DNA of 64,000 nucleotides, taken from IMG/VR virus record IMGVR_UViG_3300015050_001523, positions 128,001 through 192,000 of that record. One strand, 5' to 3'. The DNA is from a virus (lineage: Duplodnaviria > Caudoviricetes). Positions 39,283 through 49,036 of this stretch are shown in pieces (within the stretch, counting starts at the first letter, position 1; each line of letters opens with the position of its first letter). A program made the position numbers and the translations under genes. Under the pieces are notes generated by a model. That model worked only from the letters and a program-made list of their open reading frames with translations, ran no database searches and was not told the DNA's origin.

Positions 39283-39634
39283 TAAGATCCTTTTTGATAT
39301 TTGAAAGAATATAATTCAGAGATTTTCTTCTTTTAGCTTCATTCAAAAAATTTCGTTCTGATAATTCTTTTCCATTTAAAAAATAATACTTATCTCCATC
39401 TGAATATTCAACTGCTGGGCCGTCTTCTCTATGCAATTTTCCATGAACATAATACCATTTACTTCCATTTGAATTAATAACGGCAGGAAGATTTCCTTCT
39501 CGATGAAATTCTCCATAGAGATACCATGCTTTATATCCTTGTTTACATTCAATAGCAGGACCATCTTCTCGGTGAAGAAGATTATTTAATAAATATTGTT
39601 TATTTCCATATCGATCAACAGTTATTTTTTTCAT
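39269..39634 (-). CDS. HRxDGPA repeat protein
   Basis: Three repeats; KRRKSLNYILSNIKK; start revised from 39748. Confidence 0.8.
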   Translation of the reverse strand: MKKITVDRYGNKQYLLNNLLHREDGPAIECKQGYKAWYLYGEFHREGNLPAVINSNGSKWYYVHGKLHREDGPAVEYSDGDKYYFLNGKELSERNFLNEAKRRKSLNYILSNIKKDLNESK

Positions 39635-39638
39635 AAAT

Positions 39639-40754
39639 TTATTTCTTTTGGGCAAGCATTTGAACAAGTTCATGGCGCTTTTTATGTTCTTCAATACGCT
39701 CAAATGCTCGCTCTTTTCCAAGCATTTCAACATCATCACAGTATGCATCTATATACGCAATTGGCATAGAACGCAGAATTTTTGCCGCCTCTTCGTCAAC
39801 TCCTTTAATTTTTGCAGAGATGATTTCTTCATCAAGTTTATCAATATGGATATATTCATCAAAACGACCAGCACGCAAGATTGCGTAATCAAGAAGCTTT
39901 GGATCATTAACGCTGACCAAGAAAAGGACTTTTTTCTCTCGTAATAATTCAATTTCAGTTAAAATTTGCGAAGAATTACTTGCTCGATCCAGATCGTCAA
40001 CAAGTATGACCGAAGGCTGTAGAAGATTAAAAATCTTTACTAAACCCAAATTCGCCAAGTCACGAGCATCAACTCGAAAAGAAGTTCCGCCTGCAAGACT
40101 TGCAACATATTTCATCATTTGACTTTTGCCGGTGCCTGGTTCTCCATGCAACAATACTGTTCTCCCACGTCCACGCTCTAGATACTTTTGAAGATCTTTA
40201 AAAAGATCCTGACCTTTTTTAGAAGGTAGTACAGACGAAAGATCGTCAGGGACAATTTCACGCTGAAAAGAATTATTTGTTCTTGATTGGAGTTTGGCTT
40301 TAGTTCCAACAGACTCCCAGATTAGTCGACCTAATGCATTAGATATGTCTGCATTATCTTCATGCCATGGATTTTTGAGTGGATATTCACTTTGTTTTTG
40401 CCAAATAACTCTAACTCCGTGAATATCTCCTTCAAAAAGATTATCTCCATGCCATGAAGGAGTTACTCCTTTTAATGGACCAAGAAGCCCTTGAGCCAAT
40501 GCAAGTTCAAAACAATATTCATTAATAGGTCCTGCATCAAATTTTTTCCAACTCTTAATAAAATCATAAAAATTAATTTTTCGTGCATGCTCTACTACTG
40601 TTAAAAGCTTTGCACCAACAGCAACTAAGGCTGCTGGGGATGGTTTTTCAAGATGGACAAACAATGGACTCATTTCTGCACCTACTAATAATGCTTTCTT
40701 CCCATAAAAAAGTAGGTTTTTTATAAATTTTGGCTTGTCTCGATTTTTTGTCAT
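39639..40754 (-). CDS. AAA+ ATPase
   Basis: Walker A GEPGTGKS, Walker B ILVDDLD, LRAGRFD. Confidence 0.9.
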   Translation of the reverse strand: MTKNRDKPKFIKNLLFYGKKALLVGAEMSPLFVHLEKPSPAALVAVGAKLLTVVEHARKINFYDFIKSWKKFDAGPINEYCFELALAQGLLGPLKGVTPSWHGDNLFEGDIHGVRVIWQKQSEYPLKNPWHEDNADISNALGRLIWESVGTKAKLQSRTNNSFQREIVPDDLSSVLPSKKGQDLFKDLQKYLERGRGRTVLLHGEPGTGKSQMMKYVASLAGGTSFRVDARDLANLGLVKIFNLLQPSVILVDDLDRASNSSQILTEIELLREKKVLFLVSVNDPKLLDYAILRAGRFDEYIHIDKLDEEIISAKIKGVDEEAAKILRSMPIAYIDAYCDDVEMLGKERAFERIEEHKKRHELVQMLAQKK

Positions 40755-40783
40755 GAGATTTTTATTTTCAAACTTTCTTAATA

Positions 40784-41356
40784 TTATTTGTGATGATCTA
40801 CTGGTGTATAAGTTCTTTTGTCCATTATTTTTTTTAATTCTAAAAAAGAATAAGGAGCATACAATGTGTTTGGTGAGTATTTTACTGTAGTGTCAACCCC
40901 AACATCAAATCTTTTTGTTTTCATATCTAAAGAATCAATAGAATGATGGCAATGACCATGAAGATTCCAAGAACCATGATGGCTTGAATTCCATGTCAAA
41001 AATGGGTAATGGCACATTACAATTTTTGTACCATCTTCTGTCTTGCTTTCATAATAGGGTTTAATCCATTCAAACAAATGACGTGTTTCTTTACTGTCAA
41101 TATCTTTATCATGATTCCCAACAACAAGCCTTATTGTTCCATTTAATTTATGACGAATGCTTGATAATTCTTTTGGATTTAAAAATCCAAAATCTCCAAG
41201 ATGATAGACTATTGAACCTTTTGGAACTTTGTTATTCCAAGCCTCAATAAAATAAGAATTCATTTCATCTTTATTTTTAAATGGACGCTTTGCATATTTT
41301 ATTATATTTTCATGACCGAAATGATGGTCACTTGTTACAAATTCATTATTTTTCAT
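40784..41356 (-). CDS. Calcineurin-like metallophosphoesterase
   Basis: TSDHHFGH, HLGDF, VGNHD, CHYP, HGHCH. Confidence 0.9.
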   Translation of the reverse strand: MKNNEFVTSDHHFGHENIIKYAKRPFKNKDEMNSYFIEAWNNKVPKGSIVYHLGDFGFLNPKELSSIRHKLNGTIRLVVGNHDKDIDSKETRHLFEWIKPYYESKTEDGTKIVMCHYPFLTWNSSHHGSWNLHGHCHHSIDSLDMKTKRFDVGVDTTVKYSPNTLYAPYSFLELKKIMDKRTYTPVDHHK

Positions 41357-41657
41357 AATCGTATAAATAATATGCAAGAATAAAATCAAGAGATTTTCTC
41401 CTGATTTGAATTTTTTTCCTGATTTCAATTTTTTTCCAATAATTTTCTTCAGAATAATCAATTCCATTTAAAAAATAATATTTATCTCCATTACAATATT
41501 CGATAGCAGGTCCATCAATTCGATGAAGCTTATCGTTTATATAATACCATTTACTTCCATCATAGCCCTCAACAGCAGGGCCGTCAGCCCGGTGAAGAAG
41601 ATCATTAAAATAATAGCGCTTGGTTCCATATTCGTTAGTAATTAATCCATTTTTCAT
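41346..41657 (-). CDS. HRxDGPA repeat protein
   Basis: HRADGPA, HRIDGPA, SEENYWK. Confidence 0.8.
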   Translation of the reverse strand: MKNGLITNEYGTKRYYFNDLLHRADGPAVEGYDGSKWYYINDKLHRIDGPAIEYCNGDKYYFLNGIDYSEENYWKKIEIRKKIQIRRKSLDFILAYYLYDYEK

Positions 41658-42055
41658 TTTTGATTTTCTTCTGTTTTAGAATCTTTTTTGGGCCAAATTT
41701 TTTGTTTTATATTCGCCGCTGCTGCCGCCACAGCATTTCCTGTAGCACTTCCTGTAGCCATCGCAGCATTTCCAACAGCAACAGCTGCATTACCAACGGC
41801 GCTTCCTGTAATCAATGCAGCGTTTCCAACAGCAACAGCTGCATTACTAGCCTTGTCTTTTGTCTTTTGAATATTATAACTTCTAATTTTTGATCTATAT
41901 TCTGCATTTTCATGCTTTAGCTTATTTATGGCGACTTGCTGTTCTTGAAGTCTTACAAGGCGCATATTGAATGTTAGTTTCCATCCAATAAAACCACCAA
42001 CAATAACTCCAATAGCAAATGCGATTAAAATTGCTTGAATTGCTGTAATTATCAT
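41654..42055 (-). CDS. Membrane protein with Ala-rich internal repeats, leaderless
   Basis: N-terminal TM; GNAAVAVGNAA repeats; TTGACA(42090)-N17-TATCAT-N6-ATG. Confidence 0.75.
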   Translation of the reverse strand: MIITAIQAILIAFAIGVIVGGFIGWKLTFNMRLVRLQEQQVAINKLKHENAEYRSKIRSYNIQKTKDKASNAAVAVGNAALITGSAVGNAAVAVGNAAMATGSATGNAVAAAAANIKQKIWPKKDSKTEENQK

Positions 42056-42086
42056 TCTTTGATGATATCACTAAAATTTTTTTGTG

Positions 42087-42380
42087 TCAAGCTAATCCAC
42101 GAGCGAATTGGCTAAGAATTTTAATGAATTCTTGTTGCTTTAATTGATTTTTATATAATGGAGGATAGATATTTAATTTTTTTAAATAAAAATTATATGA
42201 CTCTAAAATCCAAGACGAATAATCGTTTGGTTCGTCTATAAATCCAATCAATTCAAGAAGAATGAGAACTTGCATTTCTACAGCTTCTTGGGAACCAAAT
42301 GCATAAGGCATATCAAAAATCTGATCTAAATAATTTGTCGCCCATTCTCTAACAAGTGTTAGTGAATTATTTAAGACCAT
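42087..42380 (-). CDS. Hypothetical protein
   Basis: ORF track. Confidence 0.65.
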   Translation of the reverse strand: MVLNNSLTLVREWATNYLDQIFDMPYAFGSQEAVEMQVLILLELIGFIDEPNDYSSWILESYNFYLKKLNIYPPLYKNQLKQQEFIKILSQFARGLA

Positions 42381-42409
42381 GCCTTAAATATCTTTGTATT
42401 TAAATTAAA

Positions 42410-42480
42410 CGGCTCTAGGGAGAATCGAACTCCCATCTTTTGCGCGACAAGCAAACGTCCTACCATTGAACGATAGAGCC
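42410..42480 (-). tRNA. tRNA-Asp(GTC)
   Basis: Cloverleaf; TTTGC-TTGTCGC-GCAAA. Confidence 0.9.
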
Positions 42481-42484
42481 ATTA

Positions 42485-42880
42485 TTATAATTTTAAACTA
42501 GCATTATAAGCTAAATCATATGAACTTTTTATTTTTGAATAAAAAACATCTGGGGTGTATTTTATTAGATCATGACTTGATAAAAAATCAAGTGGCGTGC
42601 TTTTTGATAAGTACAAAAGCACAAGCTCTGCATTCCAATGACATCCATGTTCTTTACTCATAGATAATTTTGGACTTTTACTTGGGTCACATAAGCTTAT
42701 TCCATTTTCTTTTACATACCCACCATTTGGTAAAATCTCTCTTGGAGTAATATGATGAGCATCTAATTCTTTTTCACAGTTTTCTAATGAAGATTGAAAT
42801 CCACAAACAATACATTTATATCCATCTCTTTTAAAGACAGAATCTCTAAATTTTTTGCGAATTTCTTTTTTTGAAAGCAT
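42485..42880 (-). CDS. HNH endonuclease-like protein
   Basis: CIVCG...LDAHHI...NGISLC...CH. Confidence 0.75.
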   Translation of the reverse strand: MLSKKEIRKKFRDSVFKRDGYKCIVCGFQSSLENCEKELDAHHITPREILPNGGYVKENGISLCDPSKSPKLSMSKEHGCHWNAELVLLYLSKSTPLDFLSSHDLIKYTPDVFYSKIKSSYDLAYNASLKL

Positions 42881-42903
42881 AAGAATTATTTTCTATTTTG
42901 TTT

Positions 42904-42976
42904 TGACTTCGGGGGGACTTGAACCCGCCATTATCTGATTGAAAGCCAGATATCCTAACCTTTGAACGACGAAGCC
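42904..42976 (-). tRNA. tRNA-Glu(TTC)
   Basis: Cloverleaf; TCTGG-CTTTCAA-TCAGA. Confidence 0.9.
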
Positions 42977-42987
42977 TTATTTTATTA

Positions 42988-43058
42988 TGGAGAATTGGGG
43001 AATCGAACCCCAGTTTTCGCCGTGCAAAGGCGATGTAATCCCGTTATACTAATTCCCC
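42988..43058 (-). tRNA. tRNA-Ala(TGC)
   Basis: Cloverleaf; G3:U70. Confidence 0.9.
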
Positions 43059-43069
43059 TTTATTGACAA

Positions 43070-43141
43070 TACGAGATAAAAGATTCGAACTTTTGACCTT
43101 CACCTTGTAAGAGTGACACTCTACCACTGAGTTAATCTCGC
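43070..43141 (-). tRNA. tRNA-Val(TAC)
   Basis: Cloverleaf; TCACT-CTTACAA-GGTGA. Confidence 0.9.
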
Positions 43142-43318
43142 AAAAAAAAACCGAAATGTGACTTTCGGTTTTTGAATGATACGTCACATCATCATTCAGA
43201 ATAACATATGCTCTCGCTCAATGGCCTTGACCATTACCTTAGCTAATACATCATTTTTGTTCATTTTCATAATAATATAACTATATCGGAAAAATATAAA
43301 AATGTAAATTATTTACAA

Positions 43319-44116
43319 TTATTTTTTAGAAGGAGAAGTAACCGAAACAGCATTTTGGTTCAAGTTTGGACTTCCCATAAAGATATCATACTCTACCTTG
43401 GTTGCATCTGTCAAGGAACTTCCATCATGAATTTTTATTTCAATTTTTGGTTTTGTAGCACTATCTTCTGCCACAACATCAGAATAAAAAGAATCAGACA
43501 TTACAATTCCTTTTTCTCTACCTATAAAATAATTAGATAAGCCTCTTGTAAGATTTACAGAAGAAGCCATAACAGAGTCGCCTGTCGCATTAAAGGCCAT
43601 AGTATTTCCAACAGGAAGATTATAAGTTTTTGCAACTTTATTTAGATCTTGATTTGCTCCAAGATAAGTAAATGTCCATCCTTCTGACTGAAGGGTTTTG
43701 ATCATATTTGAAACACTTACTTGCGAATATTCTTTGCTAGCATTTTCAGCGCCATCTGTAATAATAACAAATAAATGCGACAAGTCTTTTTTGCTTGGAT
43801 CAGAAGTTTGTTTAAACTTATCTATAATAAGGCCAGTTGCATCATTAAGCGCTGTCATTCCATTTGGCCTATATTCCTCATGTTTTAAATGATGAAATTC
43901 TTCTATTGGCTTATCAAAAATTCTAATATCAGTTAGGCTGTCAAAAAAAGCCAATGTAACTGTAATTTTTTGATTTTTGATTTTCTTTAAATGATCTATT
44001 TGTTCATTAAATGAATCAACAACAAATTTAGATAAAGGGCTCATTGAGGAGCTATTATCAATAATAATAGCGACTTTTGTTTCGGGTTGTTGCAAAATTT
44101 CATTTAGTTTCGGCAT
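43319..44116 (-). CDS. vWA domain protein, leaderless (start revised from 44173)
   Basis: MIDAS DNSSSM, TALNDA, IITDGAEN; TGcTATAAT-N6-ATG. Confidence 0.85.
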   Translation of the reverse strand: MPKLNEILQQPETKVAIIIDNSSSMSPLSKFVVDSFNEQIDHLKKIKNQKITVTLAFFDSLTDIRIFDKPIEEFHHLKHEEYRPNGMTALNDATGLIIDKFKQTSDPSKKDLSHLFVIITDGAENASKEYSQVSVSNMIKTLQSEGWTFTYLGANQDLNKVAKTYNLPVGNTMAFNATGDSVMASSVNLTRGLSNYFIGREKGIVMSDSFYSDVVAEDSATKPKIEIKIHDGSSLTDATKVEYDIFMGSPNLNQNAVSVTSPSKK

Positions 44117-44138
44117 AGTTTCATTATAGCATAGCCAC

Positions 44139-44840
44139 CTATGGATTTGAACATCTTTTTTTTGCAGATGCAAAAATTTTTAAATCTTTTAATGTTCCTG
44201 ACCAACGATTAATATCTGCAATCCCAACTCCAGGAACTTCTGGATGATATTGAAAAGAGCCTCCTCCAGAGTATTGCCATAATGCCCAATTAGGCCATGG
44301 AGTTTTTGCAGGGATTTCTGCATCTTTAGAATAAAAAACTTGCCATAATGGATAATTGATAAATTTATCAGAGTTTCCAACTTCATACTTCCAAATATTA
44401 GCGCCAGTATAAATCATTGGAGTTCTGCCTAATCGACGCTCAACAACTTCAATCCAACCTTCAATCCAAGGAATATTTTCTTTTATATCAGATTCTGAAT
44501 ATTTTTCAAAATCTAATGCAGGAGGCATAAAATCATGAAGAATATCCCCACAGACTCTTTCAACAATATTGCAAAAATTTTCTCCTTCTTTTTGTCCGTC
44601 CTCATAATTTCCTCCATCTGTATCAGGTCTTGCAAAATGATAAGCTCCTGGATAGTAGACTTTTCCTGAATTTAAAACTTTTCTAATTTCTTGTATATTT
44701 CTTTCAAATGTAGGGTCTTCATATGTTCGGCCTTCTGATGCTTTACATATGCAAAAACTCATCCCAGACTTATAGACAAGAGTATGTTTAATTTTTTTTC
44801 CTTGATGATGGCTAATATCAATTCCTTTTATGTTATTCAT
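44139..44840 (-). CDS. GH25 lysozyme (probable endolysin)
   Basis: GIDISHHQG, KASEG, GAYHFA, PALDFE, LWQYS. Confidence 0.9.
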   Translation of the reverse strand: MNNIKGIDISHHQGKKIKHTLVYKSGMSFCICKASEGRTYEDPTFERNIQEIRKVLNSGKVYYPGAYHFARPDTDGGNYEDGQKEGENFCNIVERVCGDILHDFMPPALDFEKYSESDIKENIPWIEGWIEVVERRLGRTPMIYTGANIWKYEVGNSDKFINYPLWQVFYSKDAEIPAKTPWPNWALWQYSGGGSFQYHPEVPGVGIADINRWSGTLKDLKIFASAKKRCSNP

Positions 44841-44914
44841 TACTCAATAAATAATCAATAAAATACATTATGTTTCTCTATATAATATTTTTTTAAAATA
44901 TATTTATATTTGTA

Positions 44915-45526
44915 ATGAAATCTTTGGCCAGCTTTCTTATGATAGTAATGGCAATGTTTTTACTAACATGCTGCATACGGCCAACTTCACTAAATTTTCA
45001 TGAAAATAAAAATATTGAAGAATTAGAAATTCCAATTGTATTTCATGTAAGAAATAATGATGATATTAAATATAGAATACCTGAGTATTGGGATAGTTTT
45101 TCTGCTCCAATGTTTATACAGGCAGGAATATCTCCAAAAATAAATATTTCATTTTCAGATTATGATTTAAATCCAGACTTAAGTAACAAATCTACAAAAG
45201 ATGAATTTTATAACTTATCAAATGATGGAAAAATTCATATATTTTTTGTTGATACAATTTATAAAAATAAAATTAAATCAAATTATAATGGGGTTCATGA
45301 ATCAAAAAGTTTATGCAAATCTTTTATTTTAATTCAAGACAAAACAGACTTAAAAACAATAGCACATGAAATCGGTCATTATCTTGGACTTGGGCATGTT
45401 AGCAATAATATGGGAAATGTAATGAATCGAACTTCCAGAAATAAGAATGCAAGTTTTTCATCTGCTCAAATTAGAATAATGAGAAGCAATATAAAAAAAC
45501 AAAAATTATTCTGTAATATGATTTAA
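44915..45526 (+). CDS. Metzincin-type Zn metalloprotease, probable lipoprotein
   Basis: HEIGHYLGLGH plus Met-turn NVM; signal peptide ending LLTCC. Confidence 0.8.
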   Translation: MKSLASFLMIVMAMFLLTCCIRPTSLNFHENKNIEELEIPIVFHVRNNDDIKYRIPEYWDSFSAPMFIQAGISPKINISFSDYDLNPDLSNKSTKDEFYNLSNDGKIHIFFVDTIYKNKIKSNYNGVHESKSLCKSFILIQDKTDLKTIAHEIGHYLGLGHVSNNMGNVMNRTSRNKNASFSSAQIRIMRSNIKKQKLFCNMI

Positions 45527-46272
45527 GACGGAAGGTTTTCATCAATAAAATTATTTATTTGTTCTAACGTTGGTCCAAATGCTATATCGTATGATGGAGT
45601 TATGACGCTAGTAATAATTCCAACAAGGTTTCCAGTTTCTGGGTCATATACTGGTGAGCCGCTTGATCCCTTTTGTGCAACTATTGAATAAAGAGCTACT
45701 TCTTCTTTATATTCGTTATGTGGTCCTTTGTAATTTCCTTGAAACTCTCCATAAAAATGAAGTGCAGTTTCTTTTGACCAAAGACCAGCCGGAGCTGCTA
45801 TATTTATTATCTTTATATGTGATTTGATTTTTTTATTTTCAATAATTGCAGGCATCATAGAAACTTTTTTTGATTCAAGTAAACAAAGATCATGTTTCTC
45901 GTCAATAGCAACAACTGTTGCAATGTTGTTTTGTCCACTAGAATCCATCAAATGAAATTCTGATTTTACTATTGTGCTAAAGTCTTTATGTTGATTTGGA
46001 TTTTCTAAAGATGGAGTGATGCAGACATGTCCAGCAGTCAAATAATAACTTTTATTTGTTTTTTTGCTATGAGATACCAAAACACCAGATGCCATTGTTT
46101 TTCCAGCATTAGAAACAATACAAGAATCTGAGCTTTTATGGCATAGTGAAATTTCTATATGATTTTCAATATAAATAAATTGTTTTTCAGGATTTTTAAA
46201 ATCATTTTTTATATTACATCCAGATAAAATAATTGTCAAAGATAAAAAAAGTCTGCCGAAAAATTTTTTCAT
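45523..46272 (-). CDS. Trypsin-like serine protease, probable lipoprotein
   Basis: LTAGHVC, DLCLL, GSSGSP; lipobox LSGC. Confidence 0.85.
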   Translation of the reverse strand: MKKFFGRLFLSLTIILSGCNIKNDFKNPEKQFIYIENHIEISLCHKSSDSCIVSNAGKTMASGVLVSHSKKTNKSYYLTAGHVCITPSLENPNQHKDFSTIVKSEFHLMDSSGQNNIATVVAIDEKHDLCLLESKKVSMMPAIIENKKIKSHIKIINIAAPAGLWSKETALHFYGEFQGNYKGPHNEYKEEVALYSIVAQKGSSGSPVYDPETGNLVGIITSVITPSYDIAFGPTLEQINNFIDENLPS

Positions 46273-46356
46273 ATCCCTCCATAAGAAACCCAATCCTTAA
46301 ATACATATGGATAGAAAACTCACAAAAAATATGAAAAAAATTTAATTTTAATAAAA

Positions 46357-46429
46357 AGACCGAGATCGGATTTGAACCGATTTCATTTTGATTTGCAGTC
46401 AAAAGCCTAAACCATTTAGGAACTCAGTC
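46357..46429 (-). tRNA. tRNA-Cys(GCA)
   Basis: Cloverleaf; TTTGA-CTGCAAA-TCAAA. Confidence 0.9.
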
Positions 46430-46469
46430 AAAGCAACTTATGTTATATATTTATACTAAAGCCAAATCT

Positions 46470-47192
46470 ATGAACATCATTAAAGAATATATTAGAGCAT
46501 TATTAAAAGAAGCAGCAATTCAAGATATTTCCAATCTTGGACTTTTGATTCATTCAACAGGTTCTGTTTTAGATATTGTACTATATGATGCCCCAAGATT
46601 TATTGAAGAAACAAAAAAAAATAAATCTTTTACATTTTCTAATGACATGATTCTTGGAATGATTAAGGCTAAAAAGAGTGGATTTGGAAAATGTCATGGA
46701 GCGTGGGAAGTTGCAATGGTCGCTGCGAATAAAGGATTCGGCCCAACAATGTATGATATTGCAATGATGTCGGTTCCAACAAAAACAATAATGCCAGATA
46801 GAGGAGAGGTTAGTGGTCAAGCAAGATCAATTTGGCAATATTATAAAAATAAAAGATCTGATGTAAAAATTCTTCCGTTTGGAAAAGAAGAAGAAGACGA
46901 TACAAGTTCAAAATCATTATATAATTTTGATGACGATAGCGCCAATATCAAAGAAGACAAAGGAGGAGAAGGAGAATGTTTTTCTGCTCACTTTGGCCCT
47001 GGAAAGGAATATTTAGATGCAGCATATCGATTAGTTGGACCTCCGCCAATCGATATAAGCCAAGCTGTAAATAAGCACAACCTATTGGTCAAGTCTTTAA
47101 ATAATAAAAAGCCAGGTCTAGGAGATTCTTTTTCTGCATCTCTTAGAAATGGCTCTACAAGTTTTTTTACAGCTAAAAATACTAGAAATTAG
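46470..47192 (+). CDS. Hypothetical protein (possible virion-packaged protein)
   Basis: N-terminal IKEYIRALLKE; TATTTATA at 46448. Confidence 0.7.
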   Translation: MNIIKEYIRALLKEAAIQDISNLGLLIHSTGSVLDIVLYDAPRFIEETKKNKSFTFSNDMILGMIKAKKSGFGKCHGAWEVAMVAANKGFGPTMYDIAMMSVPTKTIMPDRGEVSGQARSIWQYYKNKRSDVKILPFGKEEEDDTSSKSLYNFDDDSANIKEDKGGEGECFSAHFGPGKEYLDAAYRLVGPPPIDISQAVNKHNLLVKSLNNKKPGLGDSFSASLRNGSTSFFTAKNTRN

Positions 47193-48058
47193 CTCATGTA
47201 CTTCTTGATTTCTAGTAAAGCCTTTTCAGCTCCACTTGAAATTTCAATCCCATTATCATTTAATCCTAAAATTTGAAAGTCTCTTGGATTAATCCTAATT
47301 AATTTTCCATTATACTTTGAAGCTAATTTGGTACTTAATGAACGAATTGTTGGAATATCAATGCCAGCACCAGTTTCAATAATCACCAATCTTGAAAGAT
47401 CAGATTTTTCAGCCCATTTTTCAAAATTTAATTGTTGCTCATGCTCTCTTGATTGCAAAAAAGCATAATCCATAAACATTAAAATATTTGGACGAAGAAG
47501 TTTTCCTTCAGACATTGGAAGATCTCCAACTACCCGGAATGTCTCTTCATCAATTTCAATATTAAAAGAATCTGCCGAAATAACTTCAGAATTATGCCAT
47601 TTGTCATTCATAAAATACTCTGAATGATGACATTTTTGCAAGTGATGAATTGAGCCATGTACTTCCCAAATATTTGAATCAGAAAATCCTGATTTTTTAT
47701 AAAATCCATCAACGTTTGAAGTTATTGCAAAATGATTATATTTTTTTGAAAGTTCATGCAAAAAACTATATCCAAGATGCGGAACATGCTCCCTATACAT
47801 TTTTAAACGATGTCCATAAAAAGCCCAAATCATTCTTGGATCCTTAATGAACCAAGAAGGCTGAGCAATATCATGAAAAGAAATTCCAATACGAGAAAAT
47901 ACTGGGTATGCTTTCCAAAATCCATTTTCTCCACGAAAATCAGGAAGCCCAGAATCAACTCCCATTCCAGCCCCAGAAGAAAAAATAAGAGCTGATGCAT
48001 TAGTAATCACATCGGCGGCCCTTTTCAAGTTGTCTTCAAGATGGATTTGTTGGCTCAT
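47189..48058 (-). CDS. Sir2/CobB-family NAD-dependent deacylase, leaderless
   Basis: GAGMGVDSGLPDFRG, TSNVDG, HGS, RPNILMF; TTGACA-N16-TATAGT-N6-ATG. Confidence 0.9.
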   Translation of the reverse strand: MSQQIHLEDNLKRAADVITNASALIFSSGAGMGVDSGLPDFRGENGFWKAYPVFSRIGISFHDIAQPSWFIKDPRMIWAFYGHRLKMYREHVPHLGYSFLHELSKKYNHFAITSNVDGFYKKSGFSDSNIWEVHGSIHHLQKCHHSEYFMNDKWHNSEVISADSFNIEIDEETFRVVGDLPMSEGKLLRPNILMFMDYAFLQSREHEQQLNFEKWAEKSDLSRLVIIETGAGIDIPTIRSLSTKLASKYNGKLIRINPRDFQILGLNDNGIEISSGAEKALLEIKKYMS

Positions 48059-48189
48059 GCATAAACTATAGCATCCAAATGGCATCTGTCAACCAGAAAT
48101 GACTTTGAAATTTAATTGCGCCATAAATCTATTACTTCACTTCCATTTATTTATAAAATAAACGAATCCATATTTTGACTTTAACAACG

Positions 48190-48292
48190 TGGCGCCGCTG
48201 GAATCTTCCGATTCGAGGGGTTTTATTTGCGATAGTGATCGCTTCAATCACAGAGTACCACTCTGCTAGCTGGTTCACTACTTCAGCACGGC
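48190..48292 (-). ncRNA. Unclassified CCA-ended multi-branch RNA
   Basis: Closing GCCG(TG)CTG/CAGCGGC plus GCCA; hairpins AGAGT/ACTCT, GTGAT/ATCAC, GAATC-GGAA-GATTC. Confidence 0.5.
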
Positions 48293-48299
48293 TTTCTTA

Positions 48300-48370
48300 T
48301 AGCAGGAGCGGGATTTGAACCCACAACTCTGGGTTATGAGCCCAGTAAGTTACCATTACTCTATCCTGCG
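48300..48370 (-). tRNA. tRNA-fMet(CAT)
   Basis: Unpaired C1, GGG/CCC anticodon stem. Confidence 0.9.
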
Positions 48371-48996
48371 TTAATTATTTTTGAGAAACAAGGATTCGAA
48401 CCTTGATTGACGGAATCAGAACCCGCGATCTTGCCATTAGATGATTTCCCATTAATTAATTTCTTTTCTCTTTTTGCAACTGCTGCCGAAGATACTCCCA
48501 ACCTATCAGCAATTTTTGCTCTTGTTGAATGTTTTAATTCCTCAAGAAGATCAATTGAGTCCCAATCTGCTTTATAGGCCAACTTGGCAGAACAAACATA
48601 TGAACAGGTTTTATTATAAGAAGGTTTTAAACTATTACATACTTTACATGGTGTCATTTTTGATATTTTTTGAACTTCTTTATAATCTGCAAATTCTTCA
48701 TTGAATGAATTATAATTTTCTGGAAGAGCTATTACATTTGCATGAAGTTCTCTATGGCATCGACAACACAATAAAACACATTTTCTAAGTTCATTTACAA
48801 TTTTTTCCCAAGATTTTGCAGAGCTTCTTGTCGCACCAAGAGCAAAGTCTTTTTCTTTTGGATCTATATGATGAAGATCAAATGCATCATGGCATAAACT
48901 ATATTCACATATAGCACATTTTCCTCCAAACGATTCCACTATTCGAGCTTTTGTAGCCTTTCTCCACACCTTAACTCGTTCTGATTCTTTTGACAT
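48361..48996 (-). CDS. HNH endonuclease whose 3' end overlaps tRNA-Gln
   Basis: CAIC...DLHHIDP...CVLLCCRCHRELH. Confidence 0.8.
   Translation of the reverse strand: MSKESERVKVWRKATKARIVESFGGKCAICEYSLCHDAFDLHHIDPKEKDFALGATRSSAKSWEKIVNELRKCVLLCCRCHRELHANVIALPENYNSFNEEFADYKEVQKISKMTPCKVCNSLKPSYNKTCSYVCSAKLAYKADWDSIDLLEELKHSTRAKIADRLGVSSAAVAKREKKLINGKSSNGKIAGSDSVNQGSNPCFSKIINAG
48381..48451 (-). tRNA. tRNA-Gln(CTG)
   Basis: Cloverleaf; U1-A72. Confidence 0.85.
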
Positions 48997-49036
48997 GTAT
49001 AAGCATACCATGTCAAATTACGAAACTACAAAAAAA

